Shown: positions 10,070-19,567, counted from the first letter of the stretch. The stretch: 64,000 bases of DNA from Pirellulales bacterium (GCA_040901675.1 JBBDYJ010000025.1:127943-191942), one strand, 5' to 3'. Notes: a model not told the origin generated them from the sequence alone. Program-made: numbers and translations.

Positions 10070-11065
10070 TCACCGGCCCTCTTCCTCGTCGGGCGGTTCG
10101 GCCAGCAGGCGCTCGAGCTCGGCTAGCCGCGCTTCCAGCTCGCGGACGCGGCGCTCGAGCCGGGCGATGCGGCCCGACGCATCCTCGTCAGTGACGGGCT
10201 CGGGCGGCGGCAGTTCGCCCTCGGTGCCCTCCGGCAGCGGCCGCGGCTCGTCAGCATCGGCAAGGGCCGGATCGAGTGCCGCGAGACGAAGTTTCCGCTC
10301 GAAGAGCCGGCCCTGACTGTAATAGGTGAGCTCGACCTCGCTGCCGGCGCCGGCCTGGGATGCCAGCCGCGCAAGATCGGCCGGCGTATCGACCCGCTTG
10401 CCGTCCAGCGCCACGATGATCGCTTCGCGCGGCAGCCCCGCCGCCTGGGCGGGCGAACCCTCGAGGACCTCGGTGACCAGCGCGCCTCGTGCCACGGGCA
10501 ATTGCAAATCGGCCGCCATCCGCGCGTCGATCGCCAGCAGCCGCACCCCCAGCAGGTTCATCCGCGGCTGGTCAGGCGGTTGCTCCGCGCCAGGTTCGCC
10601 GATCGGGTCGCTCTGCGGTCGATCGGTCCGCTGATCGCGGGGCGGGCGCCGCCCCAGCGTAACCTCCAAGCGATGCGTCCGGCCCGCTCGATCGAGCTCA
10701 AACCGCGGCTTGTCGCCGGGAGCCGTCTCTCCCAGCACGGCCGCAAACTCGTCGATCGTCGTCACTTGCCGCCCGTCGATCGCCGTAATCAGGTCCCCCG
10801 CCCGCAGCCCGGCCCGCTCCGCCGGTCCGCCGGGCAGCACCTGCGTGACGCGCACGCCGGCGCCGTTTTCGTTGCGGTCGTCGAAGAAGCCGCCCAGGTA
10901 TCCCGGTTCGGCCTGCGCGCCCGCCGGATTGGCGGCGCCCCCGTCGTCCTGGTTCACGAGGCCGCGGACTTGTGCTTCCAGACGCTCCAGCGCCGGCTGA
11001 GCAACGGCCGAGGACGACAATCCGCCCCAACACACCAGCACGACGCACAACCAGGTCTTGTTCAT
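10070..11065 (-). CDS. Secreted double-PDZ domain protein with a C-terminal coiled coil
   Basis: Signal peptide 'MNKTWLCVVLVCWG...AQP'; two PDZ repeats ('GVRVTQVLPGGPAERAGLRAGDLI', 'GALVTEVLEGSPAQAAGL'). Confidence 0.85.
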   Translation of the reverse strand: MNKTWLCVVLVCWGGLSSSAVAQPALERLEAQVRGLVNQDDGGAANPAGAQAEPGYLGGFFDDRNENGAGVRVTQVLPGGPAERAGLRAGDLITAIDGRQVTTIDEFAAVLGETAPGDKPRFELDRAGRTHRLEVTLGRRPPRDQRTDRPQSDPIGEPGAEQPPDQPRMNLLGVRLLAIDARMAADLQLPVARGALVTEVLEGSPAQAAGLPREAIIVALDGKRVDTPADLARLASQAGAGSEVELTYYSQGRLFERKLRLAALDPALADADEPRPLPEGTEGELPPPEPVTDEDASGRIARLERRVRELEARLAELERLLAEPPDEEEGR

Positions 11066-11174
11066 GGCACCACCTATTCGATCTCGGTCCAGTTTGGTCC
11101 ACAGGCCGGTCACTATTGAATATAACCTGCCCGGCGGCTGACAGGGCCACCTTGAGCGCGTTATTCTGGAGACC

Positions 11175-12131
11175 ATGAGAGACCACTCGGCCGGTCTCGT
11201 TTCGATCGGCCCGGCAACGGTGCACCGACGCCGTCGTGCTCTGGAACTCGTGTTCGGCGACCTCGAGCCGGCCGTCAGGCGGCGGCAGATCGACGCAATT
11301 CTCGCCTCCGACCGCCCCTCGTGCAGCCTCGAAGGCTTGTTCGAGGCCCGGCGCGGCGACCTTGCGGCCGGCGCCGTCTGGACGGTGATCCATCCCGGCC
11401 GCCACGCTGCCGTCTGGCCGCCGCGGCTCGCCGCCGGTCAGTCGCCCGACACCGCCAGGCAATTGCTGGCCGCCGCGCTGGCGTTTCTCGGCGGGCGCCT
11501 GGTCCGGCTCGTCCACGCGGCGCTGGCCCATGATACCGGCGACGACGTGCGGGTGCTCACCGAGGCCGGCTTCACGCATGTGGCGGACCTGTTGCACCTG
11601 ATCAGCCTGGCCGATCGCTTTCCAGATTCGCCCCCCGCGGCGCATCTGGTCTTCGAACCGGTGCGCACCGTCGATTTCGATCGGCTGGGCCGCGTGCTGG
11701 AAGCCACCTACGCCCAGAGCCTCGACTGCCCGGCCCTCAATGGTTTGCGACTGGCGCGCGACGTGCTGGACACCTACCGCGCCACCGGCAGTTTCGATCC
11801 GAACCGCTGGCTGATCGTACGGCACGACCAATTCGCGGGCGGCGTAGCCGGCGGCCAGCCTGGCGACGTGGGTTGTCTGCTGTTGACCGACCACCCGGAG
11901 GCCGGCCATTGGGAGCTGATGTATATGGGCCTGGCGCCCGCCGCCCGCGGGCGGGGTTGGGGGTTGGACATGGTCCGGCACGCGCAGTGGCTTGCCCGGC
12001 AGGCGGCCCGCCAGCGGCTGGTGCTGGCGGTCGACGCAGCCAACACGCCGGCCGTTGCCGCCTATGCCGCCGCCGGCTTTGTGGCCTGGGACCGCCGCAG
12101 CGCATTCCTGAAAGTCTTGCCCGGCCCGTAG
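11175..12131 (+). CDS. GNAT family N-acetyltransferase (tandem-GNAT size)
   Basis: 'YMGLAPAARGRGWG' acetyl-CoA motif and 'VDAANTPAVAAYAAAGF'. Confidence 0.8.
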   Translation: MRDHSAGLVSIGPATVHRRRRALELVFGDLEPAVRRRQIDAILASDRPSCSLEGLFEARRGDLAAGAVWTVIHPGRHAAVWPPRLAAGQSPDTARQLLAAALAFLGGRLVRLVHAALAHDTGDDVRVLTEAGFTHVADLLHLISLADRFPDSPPAAHLVFEPVRTVDFDRLGRVLEATYAQSLDCPALNGLRLARDVLDTYRATGSFDPNRWLIVRHDQFAGGVAGGQPGDVGCLLLTDHPEAGHWELMYMGLAPAARGRGWGLDMVRHAQWLARQAARQRLVLAVDAANTPAVAAYAAAGFVAWDRRSAFLKVLPGP

Positions 12132-12230
12132 TGATCGGGTTCGTAGTGATCCGCATTCATGCGGTCCCGGTTCGTAGTGATCCGCATTTTATGCGGTCTG
12201 GGTTCGTAGTGATCCGCATTTATGCGGTCT
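12128..12230 (+). repeat. GTAG-type REP tandem (GTAGTGATCCGCATT(C/T)ATGCGGTC), 3 full copies plus 1 partial
   Basis: Directly visible between convergent genes; CCGCAT..ATGCGG palindrome. Confidence 0.8.
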
Positions 12231-12381
12231 GCGGCAGGGTTCCACTCGCCCCTTCCAGCCACCCGTCGCATCACTGCTTCTCGGTCCCGACACGTCGGGA
12301 CCTCCAAGCAGTGGCACTCTGACCTCTGACTGAGCTGCAAGTCCGCCGCAGGCGGAACCTCTGACTTCTGACCACTGCTCT

Positions 12382-13311
12382 TCAACCCAGCAGGGCCAGG
12401 GCAGCGAGGCCGTAGAACGTGTACTCGACGTCGGTGCCGCTGTCCCACTCGCCGCCGCGGAAACCGCCGGAAGGCAACTCGAGCCCGAGCACGTAGTCGC
12501 GGGCCGCCTCGCCGTCAATTTCAGCCAGCGCGTCGGCGTCGGCCAGCGTCAACGAGCCGGTGAACGTGCTCAACAGATCGGCAATCCCGATCCGCGTGTT
12601 GGCTTTCAATCCTCCCTCGCCGGTCTGCATGGCCGCCAAAAAACCGACGACCGCCTGCCGCGCCGGCTCATCAATGGCGCCCAGGATCCGCAACAGCGCG
12701 GCGGCGGCGGCCGTGGGATTGGTGCCGCTGGCGCGCATGGGGCCGATCTCGACGAAGCCGCCGTCGTCGCGCTGCCGCGAGCGGGCAAACTCGATCAGCC
12801 GGAGCGGCTCGACGGGGGGCTCGCCGATGAGCTGCTTCGAGATGACGATCAAAAACGTCTGGTAGGTGCTGCTCGATTGCCCTTCCGCGGTCTTGGCATA
12901 GCCGCCGTCGGCGCGCCGGAAGCCTTCGAGCGTGGCCGCCACCGCCTGCCGCCAGCCCTGGGGCGCCGCCTCGAAGACGTCGATCCCCGCCGCGGTCTCC
13001 AAGAGCGCGGCCGCGTACAACAGCGAAACAAAATCGACGATCGGTGCCTGGCCCGCCAAGCGGCTCTTGATGAACGAGGCCGCCCGCTCGGCCGGCGTGC
13101 CGTCGAGCTCGCCCAGCAAGGCCAGGCCCCGCAGGCCAAAGCCCGTGTAATACAGGTCGCTGGGGCCTTCGCGGCCGGCGAAACCGCCGTCCCTCTGTTG
13201 GCAGTGCATAAGATACTCGGCCTGCCGCCGGCGCAGCGGCTCGCCCAGGCCCTCCATGCCCCGGGCAAGCCGCAGCATGAGCGCTTCGAGGTAGCTCAAC
13301 GGCGGCGGCAC
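12382..13311 (-). CDS. Single-domain prenyltransferase/squalene-oxidase repeat (alpha6-alpha6 barrel) protein
   Basis: Repeats 'QQRDGGFAG..DLYYT', 'RADGGY', 'QRDDGGF', 'QTGEGG', 'PSGGF..DVEYTFYG'. Confidence 0.8.
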   Translation of the reverse strand: MPPPLSYLEALMLRLARGMEGLGEPLRRRQAEYLMHCQQRDGGFAGREGPSDLYYTGFGLRGLALLGELDGTPAERAASFIKSRLAGQAPIVDFVSLLYAAALLETAAGIDVFEAAPQGWRQAVAATLEGFRRADGGYAKTAEGQSSSTYQTFLIVISKQLIGEPPVEPLRLIEFARSRQRDDGGFVEIGPMRASGTNPTAAAAALLRILGAIDEPARQAVVGFLAAMQTGEGGLKANTRIGIADLLSTFTGSLTLADADALAEIDGEAARDYVLGLELPSGGFRGGEWDSGTDVEYTFYGLAALALLG

Positions 13312-13327
13312 GTGTCACCTCTCGGCT

Positions 13328-13780
13328 TCACTCGGCGTCGCCCGCCGGCTGGGCTGCCTGCCTGTCGCGCGCCTCGGCCAGCCGCTCGGCGACGTGGGCG
13401 GGAATCGGGATGGCACGCGGCGATTGGCCGGGCTCCATCCGGCAGCAAACCGCCACGATCTCTCCCTCGGCGATCTGGCGTCCCTGGTGAGTAAAGCGAA
13501 AGCCGTAGGTGATGCTGCTGGAACCGAGGTTCGCCACCCGCAGGGCAATGTCGAGCACGTCCTCGAACCTGACGGCGCCCTGGTACTGGCAGGTGGCCGC
13601 CACGCGCGGCCAGCTCATCGTGCCCTGCTCGTCGCTCATCACCACCGACAAGCCCAAGTGTCGCAGGAAGGCGTGCTCGACCTCCTCCATGTAGTGGAAA
13701 AAGCAGGAGAAGTGCGCGATGCCGGCCGCGTCGGTGTCGCGGAACTCGACGCGCCGGGTGGCCCGAAAAGAGCAAGTCAT
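13328..13780 (-). CDS. Hotdog-fold acyl-CoA thioesterase (YbgC/4-hydroxybenzoyl-CoA thioesterase family)
   Basis: 'RRVEFRDTDAAGIAHFSCFFHYME' motif; ATG overlaps the upstream stop. Confidence 0.85.
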   Translation of the reverse strand: MTCSFRATRRVEFRDTDAAGIAHFSCFFHYMEEVEHAFLRHLGLSVVMSDEQGTMSWPRVAATCQYQGAVRFEDVLDIALRVANLGSSSITYGFRFTHQGRQIAEGEIVAVCCRMEPGQSPRAIPIPAHVAERLAEARDRQAAQPAGDAE

Positions 13781-14382
13781 TCCGGCCCCTTCACGGGCTG
13801 AGCTCTTCCCGCGGCTGTCACTCGATCCTCTCCGGCTCGTGGCGGCGTGACAATTTCCAAGAGCTCCACGGCCGGCACGCCGTCGCAGTCGATCATAGCG
13901 GTGCGGCCGTAGGTGACCGAGTCGGCCGGCAGCTCGAACACCTGCTGCAGCTCCTCGCCGAGCACGATCCGCCACAGCGAAAACAACTGGACCCGCGTCA
14001 GCACATTGTGCTGGATGAGCACCCGCCCCAGCGGAATTTTTTCGGCCTGGATTTCCTGCTGCACTTCGGGCGAAAGATAAGCCAGGTTGACTCGCATAAT
14101 GCCGAACTGGACCACCTGGCCGTCCGTCTGGCGCGCGAGCAGGATCTTGCGGGCATAGTGGGTGGCGCTGACGCGCTTGTCCAACACCCGCACATCGACC
14201 GGGCTGTTGTGAAAACGCTCCACCGTCACCGTCATGTGGGCATTGTGGGCCAGCAACTGCCGGTAGGCCGCCGGCATCTCGTCGGCCGACACCTCGTCGA
14301 ACTCGCCCAACTCCGACGGCGAGTCGTGGAACAGGCCCGTCAGGGTTTCCAGATCCGGCATGGTCGCTCTTGGCTGGGGCAT
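13777..14382 (-). CDS. Hypothetical protein, probable chorismate-lyase/UTRA-like fold
   Basis: 'LLAHNAHMTVTVE', 'YARKILL' and 'KIPLGRVL' resemble the UbiC pattern (T..L, R.I.L, PLG..L); alternative start at 14361. Confidence 0.55.
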   Translation of the reverse strand: MPQPRATMPDLETLTGLFHDSPSELGEFDEVSADEMPAAYRQLLAHNAHMTVTVERFHNSPVDVRVLDKRVSATHYARKILLARQTDGQVVQFGIMRVNLAYLSPEVQQEIQAEKIPLGRVLIQHNVLTRVQLFSLWRIVLGEELQQVFELPADSVTYGRTAMIDCDGVPAVELLEIVTPPRAGEDRVTAAGRAQPVKGPE

Positions 14383-14399
14383 GGCGAGTGGCGCGTGCT

Positions 14400-16211
14400 T
14401 CAACTCAACTCGACCACCTGGGGAGCCTCCGCCGGCTGGCGCTCCAAGACCGTGTCGACCAGGTAGTACAACAGCCGCCGCAGCTCTTCCGGCTCGACGT
14501 CGTCGGCCACCGCCTCGGCCCGCTCCTGGTACTTGTCCACCAGCCGGGCCGCCTTGTCGAACACGTTGGCCTGCTGATAAAGCTGCCGGATGCGGCCGAT
14601 CGTTCCCTGGGTCACTGCCTTCTCGGCCGCCAGCGATTCCAGCTCCGCCCGCTGTGGCGGTTCCAAGCCTTCCAAGGCCAGTGCCCAGAGCACCGTCGGC
14701 CTGCCTCCCACCACGTCGCCGCCCGACAGGAGCTTGTTGTGGTTGTCGTCCCGCCAGTCGTTCAGATCGTTCAGGATCTGGAAGGCCACGCCCAGGTGCC
14801 GCGCGAAAGGGCTCACGAAGGCGCTGGTCTTGTCGGCCGGCCCCGCCAACCGCAATCCCGCGTACAAGGCGGCCTCGAAAGCCGGCGCCGTCTTCAAGGC
14901 ATAAATCTTCAAGGCATCCAGCGGGGTCAGCCGTTTTTCGCGGCTGTCGCGCCACAGCAGCTCGGCCCCCTGGCCCTCGGACAGTTTCATGTGCGCGTCG
15001 GCCATCCGATCGAGGATGTCGGCCGCCACGTCGGCGCCCAAGGCCGGCGCCTCGCGGCTGATCAGCCGGTAGCCCAGGCCAATCAGGTAATCGCCGACGT
15101 TGATGGCCGTGGCGGTGCCGAACTTGCGGTGCAAGGTCGCGTCGCCGTAGCGGAATTCGTCATCGTCCTCGATGTCGTCGTGGACCAGCGAAGCCTTGTG
15201 GAACGTTTCGATCGACAGGGCCGTCCGCTTCACGGCGTCGGCCAGCGACGCCAGTTTTTCAGCCCCGCCCCCCTCGGTCCCCCCGCCTCCCGTCAGGGCA
15301 TCGTGCACCGCCAGCGTGATGAAGGGGCGCGAGTGCTTGCCCCCCTTCATCAAGAAGTCGTAGGCGATTGCTTCCGTGCCGGCGATCGGGTCGAGTCCGT
15401 CCAGCCCATGTCCGTTGAGCTGGGCCGGCGACGCTCCACCGCGCAGCCGGGGGGCCAGCCGGTTCAGCTCGCACGGATCGAACATGCCCGCCGCGGCCCG
15501 CATCAGGTGCACGTAGCTCTTGGTCTGCACCTGGGACGGTTCTTCGCGGATCTGGATCATGTCGAGCACCCAGTCTTCGTCGACCGACGTGTTGCGGCAG
15601 TCGCTCGACAACAGCGGCACCGCCATGCACGGGATGCCCGCCAGCAGGATCTTGTCGATCGCTTTCTCCAGCACGTTCAAGCACGCCACCCCCACGATGG
15701 CGTCGACGTAGCCGCTCACGATGATCTTCAGCACGATCGGCGAGCCCTCGGCCACCAGCACCTTGTAGCCCAGGTCTTCGGCCCGTGTGCGGAAGTCGGC
15801 GATGCTGCACGCGCCGCACTTGCGGCAGTCGAGCCCAAAATCGTCGTAGTCGGCCGGGCAGCCTTCCGCGTGCTTCAAGCAATGCGGTAGCAGGAACAGC
15901 CGCCGCTCAAAAGGCACCGAGGCCACCTGGTCCGACCAGAAGGCCGTGGCCAAGGCCACCATCGACCAGCCCAGAAAGCCCTCCGGCAGGCCTTGCTCTT
16001 CCAGGGTGGCGCGGGCCACCGCCTCGAGCTCGTCCTTGCCGGGTGGACGCGCCCGGTCCAAGCGGGCGGCCACCTCCGCGCAGCGGGCGCGCAATTGCTC
16101 GCGCAGCTCCTTCGATTCGGGAACCAGCTTCAAATGGCTCGTGTTGCGGCGGCGTGGCTTGGGCCGCACGCTGGGCTGGGCCGTTTGCGATTCAACGGGT
16201 GCTGTGGCCAA
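14400..16211 (-). CDS. DUF116-like Cys-rich domain fused to a trans-polyprenyl diphosphate synthase
   Basis: N-domain 'LPHCLKH..CPA...DCRKCGAC'; C-domain 'GGKHSRP', FARM 'HDDIED...R.G', 'GQGAEL', 'KTA', second motif 'QILNDLND'; start codon uncertain. Confidence 0.85.
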   Translation of the reverse strand: MATAPVESQTAQPSVRPKPRRRNTSHLKLVPESKELREQLRARCAEVAARLDRARPPGKDELEAVARATLEEQGLPEGFLGWSMVALATAFWSDQVASVPFERRLFLLPHCLKHAEGCPADYDDFGLDCRKCGACSIADFRTRAEDLGYKVLVAEGSPIVLKIIVSGYVDAIVGVACLNVLEKAIDKILLAGIPCMAVPLLSSDCRNTSVDEDWVLDMIQIREEPSQVQTKSYVHLMRAAAGMFDPCELNRLAPRLRGGASPAQLNGHGLDGLDPIAGTEAIAYDFLMKGGKHSRPFITLAVHDALTGGGGTEGGGAEKLASLADAVKRTALSIETFHKASLVHDDIEDDDEFRYGDATLHRKFGTATAINVGDYLIGLGYRLISREAPALGADVAADILDRMADAHMKLSEGQGAELLWRDSREKRLTPLDALKIYALKTAPAFEAALYAGLRLAGPADKTSAFVSPFARHLGVAFQILNDLNDWRDDNHNKLLSGGDVVGGRPTVLWALALEGLEPPQRAELESLAAEKAVTQGTIGRIRQLYQQANVFDKAARLVDKYQERAEAVADDVEPEELRRLLYYLVDTVLERQPAEAPQVVELS

Positions 16212-16223
16212 GGTGAAAGCCTC

Positions 16224-18167
16224 TCACTTGCGGGTGTCAGTCGTACACGCGGTGGGCTGGTTGCCACGCCCCAGGGGCTGGTTGCGGAATCTGGCTGGGT
16301 GGCCGCTTGAGGCAGGTTCTCGGTCGGGCTCGATGAGCGGCCGCACTAACGCCCGACCCAGCGCCGAAACTGTGTGGATCAGCGGATACAAGGCCTCATA
16401 ATACCACAACTTAGCGAAGTAAAAACCAATCGGCGAAGTTTCCCGATGGCGGCCCGCCTCGACCGCCTCGACCAGCCAGCCAAGTCCTTCGTCAATCGCG
16501 GCTTGCAGCCAGGTCTCGCATCCCGGTCCGGCCGCGGCCGCCAAGGCCTCGACCGCCAGGGCCGTTTCCTCGACGCTGGAGCGCCTGCGGCCGGCGTCGT
16601 CGGGCTGGTCGCCTCCCCAGCCGCCGTCCGGGTTCTGGTTGTTTGCCAACCACTTCAACCCCCGCCGCGCCGGCTCGGTTCCGCCGCGGTCTAACTCGGC
16701 ATAGGCCAGCAGCACCCGCGCAGTCCCATAAACCGGGTTGGCTTCGTCGGGATGGTCCTGGTTGCCGAACCAGAGCGGCAGCCAACTTCCATCCGCCTGC
16801 TGCCGTCGGGCAAGGAATTTGAAGCCGCGACTTACGGCCTTCTCGATCCGGGCCCTGCGCAAAATTGCTCCTGGTGGATCGTCCGGCAGCCTGTCGCGCC
16901 AACGTTCCAGCGCGCGCAGCGCGTGGGCCGTCAGGTCGGTGCCGCTGCGGTCGAACGGAAGCTTGCCCCAGCCGCGGCAAAACGTGGGCCAGCCTCCGTC
17001 GCGGTTCTCAAGGTCCAGCAGCCAATCGATGCCCAGCACCGCCGCCCGCTCGACCGACGAATCATCAGCCTCGGCCAATGCCACGAGCGCGCCCGCCGTG
17101 TCGTCGGCATCGGGCACTGCGCCGCTCAGGTTGCTCCAGCCCCAACCGCCCGCCGCCGCGCCGGTGAACGGATGGACCTGCCGGTGCTGGCAGCCGAGCA
17201 GCCACGCCCGGCATTCGTCGAGCGCCTGCACCGCCGCCTCGTCGCGCCCGGCGGCCAGCGCGTTGATCGCCAGCGCGTTGATCGCCAGCGCGTTGATCGC
17301 CAGCGTGGTCACCCAGGTGGCCAGGTTGGTATCGATCGGCCATGAGCCGTCGGGCCTGGCCGACTTCACAAGGAAGTCGATACCCAGCCGGGTGACCGGA
17401 TGCGCCGCTTGCCCGATGCTCGCCAGGCTCATCACCACGAAGCTGGTCAACGGCGTGGCTTCGAGGAAACCGCCGCTGGCCGGCTGCATCTGTTCCACGA
17501 CGCGGAGGCTCTTGTCCAACGCCGCCGTGCGCACGCGGCGCAAGATCGGATTGCCGGGCGGCCCGTGTACGAAGCGGGCCTGCCCGATCGCCACCAGCGC
17601 GGGAATCGCATAACTGACGACCGGCAGCCGCAAGAATCTGAACCAGGCCTGGGGCAGGCAGGCCAGCTCGAAGGGCAGGGGGGCTACTTCGCTCCACGGC
17701 ACCAGGCCGGCCAGCGCGCAGTTGGTGAGGATCGGCACGGCGAACGTCTTGTCCGGGCCATAGCGGCGCTTCAGACCAGCCAGCCCGCCGTGCGCTTCGA
17801 TGTACGCGCCGGCCCGTGCCAGCGATTCCGCTCGTTCGGCCGGATCGCCGGCCAGGTGGAAGGCCGCCCGCACCAGCATGGTGGTGGCGATGTTCGAGCG
17901 GCTTTTGTCGGTGTCTCCCCAACCGCCATCGGCGTTCTGCGCTTCCGCCAGCCAGGCAAGGCCGGCGGTGGTCAGCTCTCCCATCCGCGCCAGATCGTAG
18001 ACGCTCGCCCCGTGGCGGGCCGCCAGGGCCAGCGCGCTGGTGGCGGTGGCGGTGGACAGGGCGGAGCTGGACAGCCGTCCGCTCCAGTGCCCTTCCGGCA
18101 GGCGCTGGGCCACGAGGTCGCGGCGGGCGGTGTCGTAGGCCAGAGCTAGTCTCTCCTGGTCAATCAT
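16224..18167 (-). CDS. Squalene-hopene-cyclase-like class II terpene cyclase
   Basis: Multiple QW repeats (QNADGGWG, ENRDGGWP, QQADGSW, NQNPDGGWG) and an intact 'PDADDTA' DxDD motif. Confidence 0.85.
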   Translation of the reverse strand: MIDQERLALAYDTARRDLVAQRLPEGHWSGRLSSSALSTATATSALALAARHGASVYDLARMGELTTAGLAWLAEAQNADGGWGDTDKSRSNIATTMLVRAAFHLAGDPAERAESLARAGAYIEAHGGLAGLKRRYGPDKTFAVPILTNCALAGLVPWSEVAPLPFELACLPQAWFRFLRLPVVSYAIPALVAIGQARFVHGPPGNPILRRVRTAALDKSLRVVEQMQPASGGFLEATPLTSFVVMSLASIGQAAHPVTRLGIDFLVKSARPDGSWPIDTNLATWVTTLAINALAINALAINALAAGRDEAAVQALDECRAWLLGCQHRQVHPFTGAAAGGWGWSNLSGAVPDADDTAGALVALAEADDSSVERAAVLGIDWLLDLENRDGGWPTFCRGWGKLPFDRSGTDLTAHALRALERWRDRLPDDPPGAILRRARIEKAVSRGFKFLARRQQADGSWLPLWFGNQDHPDEANPVYGTARVLLAYAELDRGGTEPARRGLKWLANNQNPDGGWGGDQPDDAGRRRSSVEETALAVEALAAAAGPGCETWLQAAIDEGLGWLVEAVEAGRHRETSPIGFYFAKLWYYEALYPLIHTVSALGRALVRPLIEPDREPASSGHPARFRNQPLGRGNQPTACTTDTRK

Positions 18168-18340
18168 CCGCCGCCGCGCAATGGTGTCGGGTGGAAATCA
18201 ACGGAGCCGCTCACGGCTCGCCAGCTTTGCCGCCCCAACATTGTCAGTTTATGCTGTCGCGCCGGCCCTGTCGAGTTGGTATACTGGTCGAGACTTCCCG
18301 CGCCCTCACCCAGCCGCCTTCACCCAGCGTGGACCTGCTC

Positions 18341-19567
18341 ATGTACCTGCGGATGGCCAAACGCCTGCTCCTGGAAACCGACAAGCGGTTGTTGTGGAAG
18401 CTGGCCTACAACATGGGCTACAAGGGGATGCGGTCGGTCCAGAAGTACAAGAGCCGGCTCAAGCGGGGCGAGTTCTTTCCCCCCTTCCTCTACGTCTCGA
18501 TCATCAACAGTTGCAACCTCCGCTGCCAGGGCTGCTGGGTCGACGTGGCGGCCGAGCGGCAGACCATCGACCAGGCCGCCATGCACCGGCTGATCAACGA
18601 GGCCCGCCAGGCCGGCAACAGCTTTTTCGGCATCCTGGGCGGCGAGCCGTTCATGCACCCCGAGCTGCTCGACATCCTCGAAGCGCATGGCGACTGCTAC
18701 TTCCAGGTCTTCACCAACGGCCAGTTCATCACCGGCGAGGTGGCGGCCCGGCTGCGGCGTATGGGCAACGTGACCCCGCTGGTGAGCATCGAGGGGACCG
18801 AGCTGGTCAGCGACGAGCGGCGCGGGCGGGCCGGCGTGCTGTCGAAGACCATGGCCGGCCTGCACAACTGCATCGAGCATAAGCTGTTGACCGGCGTGGC
18901 GACCAGCCTGTGCCAGACGAACATCGACGACCTGTTGACGGAGGCCTGGGTCGATCGCCTGATCGAGATGGGCGTCGTGTATCTCTGGTACCACGTTTAC
19001 CGGCCGGTGGGCCCCAGCTCGAACCCGGAGCTGGCGCTGCGGCCCGATCAGCAGCGGCGGGCCCGGCAGTTCGTGGTCGACATGCGGGTGGCCAAGCCGA
19101 TCGGCATCATCGACGCCTACTACGACGGCGAAGGCCAGGCCCTTTGCCCGGCCGCCACCGGCATCAGCCACCACATCAGCCCCTGGGGCGACATCGAGCC
19201 TTGCCCCATCGTGCAGTTCACGAAGGAGTCGATCCACGACGATCGCCCGCTGTTCGACAAGTTCAACGACTCCGACTATCTCCGCGACTTCCGCCAGTTG
19301 GCCGCCTCCGCCACGCGGGGCTGCATTGTTCTGGAGCGGCCCGATCTGATCAAGGAGCTGGTGATCCGTCACTCGGCCCGCGACAGCACGGCCCGCGGCA
19401 CCGCGCTGGCCGAGCTGGAGGTGATGCAGGCCCGCCCCAGCCAGTACGATCCCGGCCACGAGATCCCCGAGAAAAGTTTTTTTTATCGCTTCGTGAAGAA
19501 GCACTGGTTCAACGATTTCGGCACGTATTCCACGCCGACCGCGCTGACACGAACCCGAAGCGGTTAG
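18341..19567 (+). CDS. Radical SAM protein with a SPASM/twitch-like C-terminus
   Basis: 'CNLRCQGC', 'GGEPF', 'FTNG', 'CPA...ISPWGDIEPCP'; divergent from the cyclase. Confidence 0.9.
   Translation: MYLRMAKRLLLETDKRLLWKLAYNMGYKGMRSVQKYKSRLKRGEFFPPFLYVSIINSCNLRCQGCWVDVAAERQTIDQAAMHRLINEARQAGNSFFGILGGEPFMHPELLDILEAHGDCYFQVFTNGQFITGEVAARLRRMGNVTPLVSIEGTELVSDERRGRAGVLSKTMAGLHNCIEHKLLTGVATSLCQTNIDDLLTEAWVDRLIEMGVVYLWYHVYRPVGPSSNPELALRPDQQRRARQFVVDMRVAKPIGIIDAYYDGEGQALCPAATGISHHISPWGDIEPCPIVQFTKESIHDDRPLFDKFNDSDYLRDFRQLAASATRGCIVLERPDLIKELVIRHSARDSTARGTALAELEVMQARPSQYDPGHEIPEKSFFYRFVKKHWFNDFGTYSTPTALTRTRSG

Noticed and set aside
12128..12230. CRISPR array (also considered for 4454-4571, 6113-6199 and 42552-42623)
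   Set aside because: Spacers are absent, very short or non-unique, there are few units and no cas genes; the structure fits REP or tandem repeats
16224..18167. Naming the cyclase shc/hpnF
   Set aside because: No hopanoid pathway context and the sequence looks divergent; the substrate cannot be inferred
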